A stretch of DNA of 27,892 bases, taken from IMG/VR virus record IMGVR_UViG_3300037479_000486, positions 1-27,892 of that record; one strand, written 5' to 3'. Shown piece after piece: positions 7,728 through 17,221 of this stretch (position 1 is the first letter of the stretch; each line of letters begins with the position of its first letter). Position numbers and translations under genes: made by a program. This stretch comes from a virus. Its lineage: Duplodnaviria; Caudoviricetes. The notes beneath the pieces are model-generated. The model searched no databases, was not told the origin of the DNA, and worked only from the letters and a program-made list of their open reading frames with translations.

Positions 7728-8018
7728 GCGGCTTTGCGCCTGGCTAGCGCGGGCGGTGACTCGGGTTGTTCGTTATTTACAACCACCGGACACGCCCACG
7801 CATGAAACTCGTTCGTACGCCCACCCTCCACGTAACGGATGAGCGTGCATGGCGGGACTTTCTTTGCGTGATTTCTGATGACTGCGATTGCATTCGTCGT
7901 TTCCCACACCGGCGTTTTCACCGTGTAGGTTTGGTTCGTCGCAGCAACGGAACTGCTCGCAAGGACCAGAAACGCGATTCCGAGTCTGTGAGATTTTACT
8001 TTCATGCGGCTTTGCGCC
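7722..8018. repeat. 19-bp direct repeats flanking one gene
   Basis: tttcatgcggctttgcgcc at 7722-7740 and 8000-8018. Confidence 0.9.
7724..8005 (-). CDS. Small secreted hypothetical protein, 93 aa
   Basis: ATG 8005; MKVKSHRLGIAFLVLASSSVAA signal peptide; 3 TN motifs, 2 Cys; lower GC than the flanks. Confidence 0.7.
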   Translation of the reverse strand: MKVKSHRLGIAFLVLASSSVAATNQTYTVKTPVWETTNAIAVIRNHAKKVPPCTLIRYVEGGRTNEFHAWACPVVVNNEQPESPPALARRKAA

Positions 8019-8181
8019 GGGCGCGGGGTTTGGGATGGCGACGAAGAAAGTGGAGGGCTGCGTCCAGGGTGGCGGTGCCGCCCGGCATGTCGAATCCGAT
8101 CTTCTTCATCGCATAGACGAAGGTTACGTGCCTGCGGAGTCGTTCGGCCAGTTCTTTGCAGGTGAGGCGCGGGGCTGACAT
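8002..8181 (-). CDS. Small HTH-like protein, 59 aa (not in the ORF track)
   Basis: MSAPRLTCKELAERLRRHVTFVYAMKKIGFDMPGGTATLDAALHFLRRHPKPRARRKAA*; ATGA-coupled to the next gene. Confidence 0.7.
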   Translation of the reverse strand: MSAPRLTCKELAERLRRHVTFVYAMKKIGFDMPGGTATLDAALHFLRRHPKPRARRKAA

Positions 8182-8204
8182 CGCCCATGTGTGGTCGTAG
8201 GTTT

Positions 8205-10010
8205 TCAGGCTGTGACTTCAACGCCGCCGATCAGGCCGGCCATCTCCATCAGCATGGCGATGGCGCGTTCGCACCAGTGCAGGTCGTCGCGCTCGCGCAC
8301 TTGTTTCCAGCCAGGCACGGTTTCCTGAGTTCTGCCTCTTTTGTAACTGATAGGTTCCCATGCGGCCAGATGGGAATGGTATGCCTCACTTACGTCTGCG
8401 GGGACTTCCCATTTAATCAACGTGCTGGCCCGGAGCCAGTGGAGGCGGTCGAGGAGTCCGATCTGGCTGTGATGCCAGAATTGCGGTTCGGTCAGTGGAT
8501 CGGCGCGGGTGGGGCCGTCGTAGTTGACCATTTGCCAGAGTGGCTTTTCGGGGGAGAAAATCTTGCGGCCGGCGCCGTCGGGATGGCTGAACCAGGGTTG
8601 GGATTCGGCTTTGGTGGCGTTGATGCCGTGCTGGAGACAGAGTTGATAGACGTGGCGCGTGTCCCAGGAGCTGTCGATGACGCCGTGGTGCATGATGACC
8701 TGGTGCCGGTGGAGGGTTTCGATCAAATCCTCGTCGGTGAGCAGTTTGCCTTCGAAGACCAAGAGGCTGTTTCCGGTGCGGAGGGCGTCGCGCATGACGA
8801 GCCACCAATGGGGCAGTTCGCCCTTGGCCAGTGTGCCTTGCTGTCGATCGACGCCGAAGTAACGGCCGGCAAAGTCGGGATGGCCGCGGAGGCCGGCGCG
8901 GTCTTTCTTCACGGTGCTGAGGACGATGCGCTGGACGATGGGGCGGTCTTCCGGATCGTAGAAGATACATTCCCGGCGGGTGAGATAGCGGCGCCACGGT
9001 TCGGGATCGCCTGAATGGAGGGCGCGGAGGGCTTTGTGTTTCTCGTTCACCAAATCCAGCCACGGGATGTAATCGACGGCCACGGCGTCAAGGGTGTAAC
9101 TGCGGCGGTTGGGCGGGGCGCCGGGATTATCCGGGGCGGAGTAACGGCCGCTCAGGCTCAAGGCGCGGCGGGCGCGGAGGTCATCGGCGCCGACCGTATG
9201 GCCGCACGGGAATTGATAGCGGAGGGTCTGGGCCAGACGGGCGTAATCGTAAGTGCCATCGGGGCGCTTGGCTGAATCGTAACGGAGGCCTCCCAACTCG
9301 GGTTGTTTGTCATCCCAGCGCGTCCGCATCCGGTGATAGCGGCGGCAGGCGGGACATTTGACTTCCCAGTGCTGGCGGGTGGCGGAATCGAATTCGGTGT
9401 GGAGCTGGTCGCCGACGGCGGAGGCATTGGAGATGTTGAGGACCTGGGCGTTCCAATAGGCGGTGGTCCTGTCATACGCCATGGATAATCGGCCGGGTTC
9501 CCAGTTGTGGATTTCTTCGTTGACCTGGAAACGGACAGAATCGCTGTCGAGGTTCGAGGGGCTGAACACGCCTTGCATCGTGAAATTGCCGCGGGGAAAC
9601 ATGACGAGGCCCTTTTGGTCTTTGTAGCGGTCGCGCGGCCACACGATGGCGTCGCAGGCGCGGAGGATGCGTTCGGTGCGTTTGTCCCAGCGGTCGCGGG
9701 CTTTGTCGTCGTCTTCCCAGTTGTATTGCACGTCACCGCTCTCGCAGGAGAGCCAATAGCAGAGGGCGACTTCGCCCAGGGTGCTGCCGCCGGATTGGAC
9801 GGGTTTGATGAAAGTGACGATGCGCGTGGCGCCGTCCAAGAGCGCGGCGAGGGGTTCGCGCAGCCACGGGGTGATGTCGGGGTCGAAGCGTTCGCTGCGG
9901 GCGGAGCCGGGGAGACGGACATGTTCGGCGGCCCAGGTGATGATGTCGCGGACGCGCGCGCGTGCCAAGGGGCGGGCGAAGGCGTCGATGAGCTGGGCGG
10001 GGGCGCTCAT
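8205..10010 (-). CDS. terL: Terminase large subunit, lambda GpA family
   Basis: FDPDITPWLREPL, Walker A-like IKPVQSGGST, Walker B-like FQVNEE, CPACR...C Zn motif, FGVD nuclease motif, RDDLHWCE. Confidence 0.92.
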   Translation of the reverse strand: MSAPAQLIDAFARPLARARVRDIITWAAEHVRLPGSARSERFDPDITPWLREPLAALLDGATRIVTFIKPVQSGGSTLGEVALCYWLSCESGDVQYNWEDDDKARDRWDKRTERILRACDAIVWPRDRYKDQKGLVMFPRGNFTMQGVFSPSNLDSDSVRFQVNEEIHNWEPGRLSMAYDRTTAYWNAQVLNISNASAVGDQLHTEFDSATRQHWEVKCPACRRYHRMRTRWDDKQPELGGLRYDSAKRPDGTYDYARLAQTLRYQFPCGHTVGADDLRARRALSLSGRYSAPDNPGAPPNRRSYTLDAVAVDYIPWLDLVNEKHKALRALHSGDPEPWRRYLTRRECIFYDPEDRPIVQRIVLSTVKKDRAGLRGHPDFAGRYFGVDRQQGTLAKGELPHWWLVMRDALRTGNSLLVFEGKLLTDEDLIETLHRHQVIMHHGVIDSSWDTRHVYQLCLQHGINATKAESQPWFSHPDGAGRKIFSPEKPLWQMVNYDGPTRADPLTEPQFWHHSQIGLLDRLHWLRASTLIKWEVPADVSEAYHSHLAAWEPISYKRGRTQETVPGWKQVRERDDLHWCERAIAMLMEMAGLIGGVEVTA

Positions 10011-10591
10011 GAGAGGCGCCGAAACTCGGCGGCGAGATGAGTCTTGAGTTGATCGGTCGCAGACTGGCCGCGGGCGCGGATGGCGGGTTCATCGAGGCCC
10101 TTGAGGATGGGCGGGAGTTCGGACCAGAGCCGGTCGAGAGCGGAATTGAGGAGCGCGCTAATCCGAGTGGCGATTTCCACGGCTTCAGCCACGGGCATGA
10201 CTTCGCGTTCTTCGCGCTTGAGGCGGACGAGGGCGAGCTTGGCGAGGTATTCCTTGAGTCGAGCGCCCCAGTCCACGCCGTCTTCGGTACGCGCGGCGTC
10301 GAATAGCCAATGGGTCAAAGCGTACAGGCGAATCCGATTGCCGGCCTCGAACGCGGGACAGCCTTTTCGTTTTGCAGACTTCAGGATCATTTCGGGAATT
10401 CCCGTGGCGCCGGCGCAAGCGGCCAGACTTTCAAAGACCGGTTCAGGGTTCCGCGGCCGTCCGACTCGGCCTGCTGATGCGTCTTCGATCCGCGCGACGA
10501 ATTCAGTATCGGCTTTCGTGAGTGATTTGCCCGCGCGACGCCTCTTGAGGATCTGGCCAATGCGCACGGCAGCCTGATCGAAATCCTGCAT
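10007..10591 (-). CDS. terS: Terminase small subunit (Nu1-like)
   Basis: HTH-like region (SLAACAGATGIPEMILKSAKRKGCP) plus a coiled-coil ending in ELPPILKGLD; ATGA-coupled to terL. Confidence 0.8.
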   Translation of the reverse strand: MQDFDQAAVRIGQILKRRRAGKSLTKADTEFVARIEDASAGRVGRPRNPEPVFESLAACAGATGIPEMILKSAKRKGCPAFEAGNRIRLYALTHWLFDAARTEDGVDWGARLKEYLAKLALVRLKREEREVMPVAEAVEIATRISALLNSALDRLWSELPPILKGLDEPAIRARGQSATDQLKTHLAAEFRRLS

Positions 10592-10678
10592 TTGTGTGTT
10601 TTTCGATTTTCGCCGTTCGCGCGCTCGGATCGGAGCACTGCGGAGCCAGCTTTGAACAGCTTTGTGGAAAGAGATTCC

Positions 10679-11836
10679 TTAGAACGTCAGCCGAACCAGG
10701 CCGGCGCCTCCAGCGCCACCGACGTTCGTCCCACCGCCGCCAGAACCGCCAGCAGCATACGTCGGCCCCGGGTTACCTACCCCGCTACCCGGATTCGGAG
10801 CACGGATATTGGTTCGAGCGCCTATACCCCCAGCGCCGCCACCGCCGCCTTTGGGCTGACCGTCGCCACCTGACAGGTTCACATCGCCACCACTGCCGGT
10901 GCCACCAGCGCCTCCGGTGCCGGCAGAGCCTTGCACACCACCGGCCCCACCCGTGGCGCTCACGGTTCCTCCGAATGATGACGTTCCACCTGCGCCGCCG
11001 GGACCGGGTGCTCCGCTGCCGCCTGTGCCTGGGGCGCCGACGACCAGGGAGTATGTCGCGCCTTGTGTTAGCAAGAACCACTTCCTCGCGTAGCCTCCGC
11101 CTCCGCCTCCGCCGCCTTCATTGCCGATTCCGTTGCCACCACCGCCACCGCCACCGCCGCCCCACACTTCGACCATGACTGCTCCACTCTGCTGTGCGAT
11201 GAATTCATGGGTGCCGGGGGTGGTGATCTCGACCCGCTTTTCCGGCAGGAACGTTTTCATGGACACATCGTCGAAGGTCACGCTGCCGGCGGTGGGATCG
11301 CTCGAATCGCAACCGGTGATTCGGAGTTTGGCGTAACGTGCGGTTGAGGGTGGCTCGGCGCCACCGATTCGAATCGCCCAAGCGGTGGGGTTGTTCGTCG
11401 CCTCATCGTAAATAGTGGCACTCGAGATGAAGGATTGATTCACGTCGAAGAAGCGCACAGCCAGGATGACGCGGACGTCCGCGACCGTGCAGATGAAGTC
11501 CCAGCGGATCAGATAGGCCAAGAGCGGCGAGACCTCGAAGAAATCCGTCTCGAGATAACCGCCGCCGTTCCCGGCGCCGCCGGGCGAGGTAAAGCGGAAC
11601 GCCTTTTGTCCGTGCCGTTGGTCGCTTGTGATCAACGCCGTACTGCCGCCAGTGAATAGCGTTCTGGTCCAACCATCGGGAATGCCGTCGGCGTCGGTGT
11701 CCAGCTCGAACGAGCCGTTGGGAATCATGTCGCCCAAGGCCGCGGCGTCGCCGTTCAGCGCGTTCAACTCATCAATGATGGCGTCGATTAACGCTTTGCG
11801 GCCGGCATCACCTGCTGCTGGTTTCGTCACTGGCAT
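10679..11836 (-). CDS. Tail fibre-like protein: carbohydrate-binding-like module plus glycine-rich domain
   Basis: IPNGSFELDTDADGIPDGW...VTFDDVS (CBM4/9-like); VEVWGGGGGGG...GGAGGAGLVRLTF glycine-rich C-terminus. Confidence 0.8.
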   Translation of the reverse strand: MPVTKPAAGDAGRKALIDAIIDELNALNGDAAALGDMIPNGSFELDTDADGIPDGWTRTLFTGGSTALITSDQRHGQKAFRFTSPGGAGNGGGYLETDFFEVSPLLAYLIRWDFICTVADVRVILAVRFFDVNQSFISSATIYDEATNNPTAWAIRIGGAEPPSTARYAKLRITGCDSSDPTAGSVTFDDVSMKTFLPEKRVEITTPGTHEFIAQQSGAVMVEVWGGGGGGGGGNGIGNEGGGGGGGGYARKWFLLTQGATYSLVVGAPGTGGSGAPGPGGAGGTSSFGGTVSATGGAGGVQGSAGTGGAGGTGSGGDVNLSGGDGQPKGGGGGAGGIGARTNIRAPNPGSGVGNPGPTYAAGGSGGGGTNVGGAGGAGLVRLTF

Positions 11837-11839
11837 AGG

Positions 11840-14695
11840 TCACCACCATCGGCCCGCGAAATGACTGCGGGCATCGTCTTCATCAGCCTTGTCCGTCTCG
11901 CGCGCCGTCAACGCATATTGGCCGGTTGCCGAGTTGTATTCGCTCTCGCGGGCGGCCCAGTAACCGAAGTTCTGGCGCCGGGTGCGAACCTCAGAATTGG
12001 TCCAAGTTTGGTCCCATGCATTCGGCGGCACCAAGGCTCCGGCGCCGCTGACGGCAATCAGGAACTTATCGGCGACATACTTTTGGGCGCCGCTGCGTTC
12101 GGAACTGGTCAGGACGCGGTTGAAGATGAGGGCCTCAGCGATCAACACATCGCCGGCGATGTTAAAGCCAGGGCTCGCGCCTAAGTACAACGTCCCCGAC
12201 GAACCGACCCCGGGGCCGGGGTAACGGAACGTGTTCGTTGCAGTCGTGAACAGCGTTGTTCCGTTGTGTCGGATCGTGAATTCCCCGTTCTGCGAGGCGA
12301 TGTTGTACAGATGCCAGCTCGTCACGTCGATCGCTGGAGTGCCTGCATCCTGAAGAGTCGTGCTGGCGAATTCCTCCAAGAGGCGGTTGCTGCTCGACAG
12401 GTAACGTTGCGCCGCAGGGCCATTAGTGCCCCAACCCATGATAGATTGATGCGCGGTCGCCGACCCCAACTTGCGCAACACGAGGAAAATTTCCGCCGCA
12501 TTGGCCAATTGCTGGAAGGTAAAGCCAGTCAGTCTCAAAAAGGTTCCCGCGCTGGCCGTGAATTGCGCCGCCGCATGTCCGTTAATTTGATTGAGCAGAC
12601 AGATGGGTTGTTGGGCGACGGTCGATTGAGAGGCGTGGTGCTGACCAACGTTAGAATCCCGCCATACGTCGATCCGTTGTCCATGGAGAAAGCTGAGCTC
12701 CTCGGTCTTCAGAAAAACGCCGTCGGACGGGAGAGCCGGATGCGTCTCACCTGTGCCAATGTCCGGCGCCCAAAACCAAAACGAATCCTCCCATGCGCGC
12801 AGATTGCCGGCTACGACTCGCACTTGATTGTTCAGAAACGAATGGGACACCTCATATACTTCGAGTATCTGATCGAAGCTTTGCCGGCTGTCCGTGACGT
12901 GAATTTTGTCTGCAGGGAGGAGAAAGAACCCTTGGCGCGGCAACGTGAAAGAATAGCGCACCAATGGCAAACCATCGGTCACTAATTGCCGCTCGGCCCA
13001 CAGCGTCGCGTCTTGGGCCCGCCACACACCAAGCGTTTCTTCCTTGAGCGCTCGCACGTTGAGCCGATGCACGTATTCAGTGGTCCGGCGTCGCCGGATG
13101 ACCGATTCGGCAAATCCATCTTGGGACCGGCGGTTATAGGTCACTTTGATCGACGAGAATACGTCACTGGCATCGACGTGCCGCCGGAGGCGCGTTTGAC
13201 CAAAGTCCCGTTCAGAAAACCGCCGCGGCAAGGCGCCCGGTTGAGCACCCAAGTCTTGGCCGCGGGCTGGATCGAATACGACAAAGCGCCATAGCCCATC
13301 GAAATCGACGAACAGACTCCCGTTAAGAATGCGGTTCAGATCGCCCGCTACGTCCAGCCCTGTCCTTTGTTCGTTGAGGTAGATGGCTGGCGAGAGGCTC
13401 GCAATCTCTTCGCCGAAACGGTCGTAACCCAGATGCAAAATGCGCCGGCTGCGATTGAAGGTCTCCGAGTGCACGGCGTTCACACCGGCGTAAAGCAAGA
13501 GGTCGAGCATGACGTCGGCGCCGTTGGTCATCAGGGTGCCGTCTGGATTGATCCGGCCTGAGAAATCGACCGACACTTCCCGCCCTGCCTCCCAATCGGA
13601 GCCCAGCGTGAATTCCGCCTTTGCAAGATCGAACGTCGCGAAGCCCGATTCGGTCCAGCGATCGTCGATGCGAATCCTCACGCCGTCGAGCGAACGAATG
13701 CGATGGCCGGCAACCTTGAACCGTTTGGCCGCTGCATCCAGCAGCACAGGCTTGACGCCGTAAAGCCGGCCCCATGCCCATGGAATCACCTTGTCGATGT
13801 CGTTTTCATCCAGAGCCGGGTAATCCTCGCGGGTGAATCGTTCGATTGGGATCCTGGTTTCCAGTCGCGTCTTCAGTTCGCGCAAAGTGATCGTGAACGT
13901 TCGGTCAGTGCGTTCCGCTCCGTCGATCCGCCAGGTGCCGATGGGCAGATAATCCGATTCATCCATCGGCCCGCCGGCGCCCGGCAGATCAACGCCCATC
14001 TCCAGATGCACCTGCCCGCCGTCCCAAGCCAGGTCATCGAACTGATCGAAGTAGCCGTCAGCATTGTCCAGCGCTAGCGTTCCGCCGCCGATCTTGCCCA
14101 CCCCGCCCCAGCGCGGCTCGATGCGAATGCTCACGTCGGGTGCGGAAACCAGGCGCGGTTGCCAGAACTTGCTCCGAAAGCTCTTGGCGATGGTCGCGCA
14201 ATAGAACTCGTAAATGAGCGCGAAGATGCCCTCGCCGTACTGCCGACCGGTCGGTGGGCTTACATAGACGTGATTGGCCGGCATCCCGACTACGGCCGCC
14301 GAGGAATAGGCCCATGTGCCGGGCACCAGAACGCTGCTGAACGTGCCGGCGCTCGGGGTTGGGTTGGGGTCAGCGGGGAATTGCACCTCAGTCAGCGTGG
14401 GTCCGTTGGCCAAGGAGACGCCCGTCGGCTTGCGGTCGACGGCGAATTTGACGCAGCGCTCAATTGCAAGACTTGGAAAGTTGTCATCGTAATCGGTCCC
14501 CCGGCGCAGATGATTGGCCCCGCGCATCCACTGCCGGGCGCTGATCGTGGCCAGGATAACGTTCGTTGCATCGGGCCGGAGCAGTCGCTGCACGTATTCG
14601 GGATCAAGGACCGTGCCGATCTGCTGCGGTGCGGCGCCGCCATAGGTGGCGTCATCCTGAAAGCCGATGCTGTGGCCGTAACTGAAGGTGTTCAC
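11840..14695 (-). CDS. Large tail tip/hub protein (951 aa) with a LamG/ConA-like insert
   Basis: GTG 14695 overlaps the upstream TGA; LDNADGYFD, IPWAWG and VDFDGLWRF motifs; insert WRD...IAEALIFNRVLTSSER...YVADKF. Confidence 0.8.
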   Translation of the reverse strand: MNTFSYGHSIGFQDDATYGGAAPQQIGTVLDPEYVQRLLRPDATNVILATISARQWMRGANHLRRGTDYDDNFPSLAIERCVKFAVDRKPTGVSLANGPTLTEVQFPADPNPTPSAGTFSSVLVPGTWAYSSAAVVGMPANHVYVSPPTGRQYGEGIFALIYEFYCATIAKSFRSKFWQPRLVSAPDVSIRIEPRWGGVGKIGGGTLALDNADGYFDQFDDLAWDGGQVHLEMGVDLPGAGGPMDESDYLPIGTWRIDGAERTDRTFTITLRELKTRLETRIPIERFTREDYPALDENDIDKVIPWAWGRLYGVKPVLLDAAAKRFKVAGHRIRSLDGVRIRIDDRWTESGFATFDLAKAEFTLGSDWEAGREVSVDFSGRINPDGTLMTNGADVMLDLLLYAGVNAVHSETFNRSRRILHLGYDRFGEEIASLSPAIYLNEQRTGLDVAGDLNRILNGSLFVDFDGLWRFVVFDPARGQDLGAQPGALPRRFSERDFGQTRLRRHVDASDVFSSIKVTYNRRSQDGFAESVIRRRRTTEYVHRLNVRALKEETLGVWRAQDATLWAERQLVTDGLPLVRYSFTLPRQGFFLLPADKIHVTDSRQSFDQILEVYEVSHSFLNNQVRVVAGNLRAWEDSFWFWAPDIGTGETHPALPSDGVFLKTEELSFLHGQRIDVWRDSNVGQHHASQSTVAQQPICLLNQINGHAAAQFTASAGTFLRLTGFTFQQLANAAEIFLVLRKLGSATAHQSIMGWGTNGPAAQRYLSSSNRLLEEFASTTLQDAGTPAIDVTSWHLYNIASQNGEFTIRHNGTTLFTTATNTFRYPGPGVGSSGTLYLGASPGFNIAGDVLIAEALIFNRVLTSSERSGAQKYVADKFLIAVSGAGALVPPNAWDQTWTNSEVRTRRQNFGYWAARESEYNSATGQYALTARETDKADEDDARSHFAGRWW

Positions 14696-15108
14696 GGCTC
14701 TTGCGGTGGGGCCAATTGATCCTCGATCTGGCGCAAGCGCACCAAATTGCTGACGACCAGACCACTGCCCGCCGGAGTGTAGTCGAGCGCATTCGTCGCG
14801 GCCGCGAGGCGATCGAGGATGAGACGTCGTTGGGCCAGCAGATTCGAGCGACCCAACGAGGCCGCATTCCGCCGCCCTGCCTCCCACGCGGCGAAATCGC
14901 GGTCCCACTCCGCGCGCCGTTGCTGGTAATCGCCTCGCGTCATGCTAACCCAACCGGGCGGTGCAGCGTCGGTCTTGGCGATTTCGACAACGCTGGGAAC
15001 ATTTGTCGGCCCGCTATTCAGGCCGTCGTTGTCGAAGCGCAAATGCACAAACTGCGCGCTGACGATGCCGCTCGCGAGCAAAGCGAAAAGGACGATAGAG
15101 CGTTTCAT
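14692..15108 (-). CDS. Secreted hypothetical protein, 138 aa
   Basis: ATG 15108 coupled to the upstream stop; MKRSIVLFALLASGIVSA|QF signal peptide. Confidence 0.75.
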   Translation of the reverse strand: MKRSIVLFALLASGIVSAQFVHLRFDNDGLNSGPTNVPSVVEIAKTDAAPPGWVSMTRGDYQQRRAEWDRDFAAWEAGRRNAASLGRSNLLAQRRLILDRLAAATNALDYTPAGSGLVVSNLVRLRQIEDQLAPPQEP

Positions 15109-16880
15109 AGTTTCTTGCGGGCGAGGAAATAGCGTTCGATGTAATTGGTGCGGGCGCCGCTGCCGGCGAAGCGTTGGACTTCCCAAGCCGGAGTGACCAA
15201 CGCATTTAACCCCACGATGTTCTGCGTGTTGGTCGCAAAGCTCGTCAGATTGGTGAGCGCCGGCCCCTCGATAAAGACCATGTTCGTGCCAGTGCGATCC
15301 AGCCAATAGCCCCACCACCGGAACGTGTTGGGCGGCAGCTCGACAGTCGTGTAGGTCAATGTTCTGGTGCTGGCCCGCGCAGTCACGCAAACGACACTGT
15401 TGGTGTTGGCGTTGGTGTTGGTGAGCAGGTAAACGCCGTTGTTCCATTCGCCAATTGCGGTATTCGCGTCGATCAGGCCGGCCCGCATCGTGTAGGTATC
15501 CGTGCCATCGTTGGTGTGGGAATACCGCACTCGCATGAGGCCCAGCACTTCGCAGTTCGTGAGCGCCATCTGCCCAATGGTTGCTCCGCCGACGGCGGCG
15601 AGACGACCGCCGACCGCCGTGTGCGAAAAACTCCCGACGCCTGCAAAGTCGGCTATCAATGGGGGTGCCTGTTTGGTTGGAGCCGTGCCTGACGTTGCTT
15701 GATTGAAATTCCAGATGTTGTTGGCCGGGCTGGCAATCGTGTTTTGAGAATCGCCCAGGAATTCCTCGTCCATGATCACTTGCCATTCTACGTCTTCGTA
15801 GAAGATGTTCGTGGCATCGACGATGGCGAAGGGGCGATGGGGTTTGACGGTGATCTCGACCGTGTTTGAGCTACCGTAGTTCGTTGCGAAGCTTGCCCAG
15901 GGAGGAAACTTCCAGACCTGGTTCGTGCCCAAGCCAGCCCTGATACCACCGGCGACGCCGTGGGCATTGGTCATGATGTCCAGAGCGGCCATCTTGGTTT
16001 GTGCCAGGTTACTGATCGAATTGGCCCAGTTCGTCAGATGATCCACCGATGGGATATTGGCCATCGCACCAGTTGCGATATTCGACCAGTTGGTCAGATT
16101 CCCCGTAGCCGGCTGAAACGTCTGTCTCCACTCGCCCGCTCCTGTCGTGGCGTTGGTGCAAACCCAAACAGCGTTGCTCACAGCACCGCTCAGGATCGCG
16201 AAGATGCCGCGCATCGTAACCCGCGTGCCCTCCATTTCCATCACCTCGGCGCCCAGGATAGGATTGTCGAACGTGAGGACGTCATTCTCTTCGTAAATCT
16301 GCCACCGATTGCTGAACCATAGAGCGGAAAGGCTCTGCAGATACATCGACCCGCCTTCGATCTTCCAATCACCACGGTTTGTGCCCGCACCCCAAAACGC
16401 GGCATTGGTCCCGCGCGCGGCCGTCATGAGATTGAGAATTCCAGCGTTGGTCGCAAACTGATTGGGGTTCGTCGGTTGGCCAGCCGCGTTCACCCGGATG
16501 TCGATGCGGCCGCTGACATTGGTCACGTCCAACACCACGTTCGTGCCCCAGATGAAATGGATGTTTGTCGCTTGCCCGACCGCCACTCCATTGGTCCAGA
16601 CGGCGGCCACGCCATTGGTCACGCTGATCGTAACACCGCCGCGCGCGTTGTAAGTGAGGCCAACGTTCGCGCCCGCCAAAACGTTTGAGCGCATCATGTT
16701 CGTCGGCGAAAAGCGTAAATCGTTCGTCCCGTAGAGCAGCGCGCGGGTATTCAACTGCCCGAAAGCCGAAAGTGCCCAAATGAGGCTTAGGCCGAGGAGG
16801 CTCCAAATCTTTAACGTTCCAAAATGGATTGAGACGAGCCTTTGCGACCCGGCCTTGATCAGATGGTGGGGGGAAATCAT
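15105..16880 (-). CDS. Fibre/receptor-binding-like protein with signal peptide, TN-rich
   Basis: KIWSLLGLSLIWALSAFG|Q; about 27 TN dipeptides; beta-rich C-terminal domain of phage fibre type. Confidence 0.75.
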   Translation of the reverse strand: MISPHHLIKAGSQRLVSIHFGTLKIWSLLGLSLIWALSAFGQLNTRALLYGTNDLRFSPTNMMRSNVLAGANVGLTYNARGGVTISVTNGVAAVWTNGVAVGQATNIHFIWGTNVVLDVTNVSGRIDIRVNAAGQPTNPNQFATNAGILNLMTAARGTNAAFWGAGTNRGDWKIEGGSMYLQSLSALWFSNRWQIYEENDVLTFDNPILGAEVMEMEGTRVTMRGIFAILSGAVSNAVWVCTNATTGAGEWRQTFQPATGNLTNWSNIATGAMANIPSVDHLTNWANSISNLAQTKMAALDIMTNAHGVAGGIRAGLGTNQVWKFPPWASFATNYGSSNTVEITVKPHRPFAIVDATNIFYEDVEWQVIMDEEFLGDSQNTIASPANNIWNFNQATSGTAPTKQAPPLIADFAGVGSFSHTAVGGRLAAVGGATIGQMALTNCEVLGLMRVRYSHTNDGTDTYTMRAGLIDANTAIGEWNNGVYLLTNTNANTNSVVCVTARASTRTLTYTTVELPPNTFRWWGYWLDRTGTNMVFIEGPALTNLTSFATNTQNIVGLNALVTPAWEVQRFAGSGARTNYIERYFLARKKL

Positions 16881-17221
16881 GCGACTCCGGTTTGCGAAAT
16901 GTCGAACGTGAGATTGCCGTCCTCATTGATCACCGGCACCAGCTCGTGCCATGGCGTCGCGCCGCCGAGAGGATTCTTGAAGTAGGCTTTGCCATTGAGG
17001 ATTCGGAACGTGCCAGCGCCTGTTCCGATCAGCGCCGTTTCGATGGCTTCGATGGCGTCGTTCGCGTTCTCGTGCTGCTTCCAGTGCTGCAGGTTGGGGT
17101 CGGTATCGACGTTCTGTTGGTCGTACTGGGTCGGGTTCGGGAAACTGTCGATGGCACCCGGGAAGACGGTCGTCGAAACCAGCAACAGCACGATGACTGC
17201 GGCGAGGAGCAGTAAGATCAC
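16877..17221 (-). CDS. Small virion-type protein with a hydrophobic N-terminus
   Basis: MILLLLAAVIVLLLVS followed by TVFPGAIDSFPNPT...QHENANDAIEAIETAL, a common phage fibre N-terminal motif. Confidence 0.75.
   Translation of the reverse strand: MILLLLAAVIVLLLVSTTVFPGAIDSFPNPTQYDQQNVDTDPNLQHWKQHENANDAIEAIETALIGTGAGTFRILNGKAYFKNPLGGATPWHELVPVINEDGNLTFDISQTGVA

Noticed and set aside
11090-11165. (CCG/CCA)n low-complexity run
   Set aside because: Simply encodes the poly-Gly stretch of the fibre's glycine-rich domain
14692-15786. Long N-terminal extensions in the ORF track (also 11840..14908, 17997..18647, 20446..21720, 23807..24766, 26309..26830, 7724..8221)
   Set aside because: They overlap upstream genes; internal starts coupled to the upstream stop codons fit better
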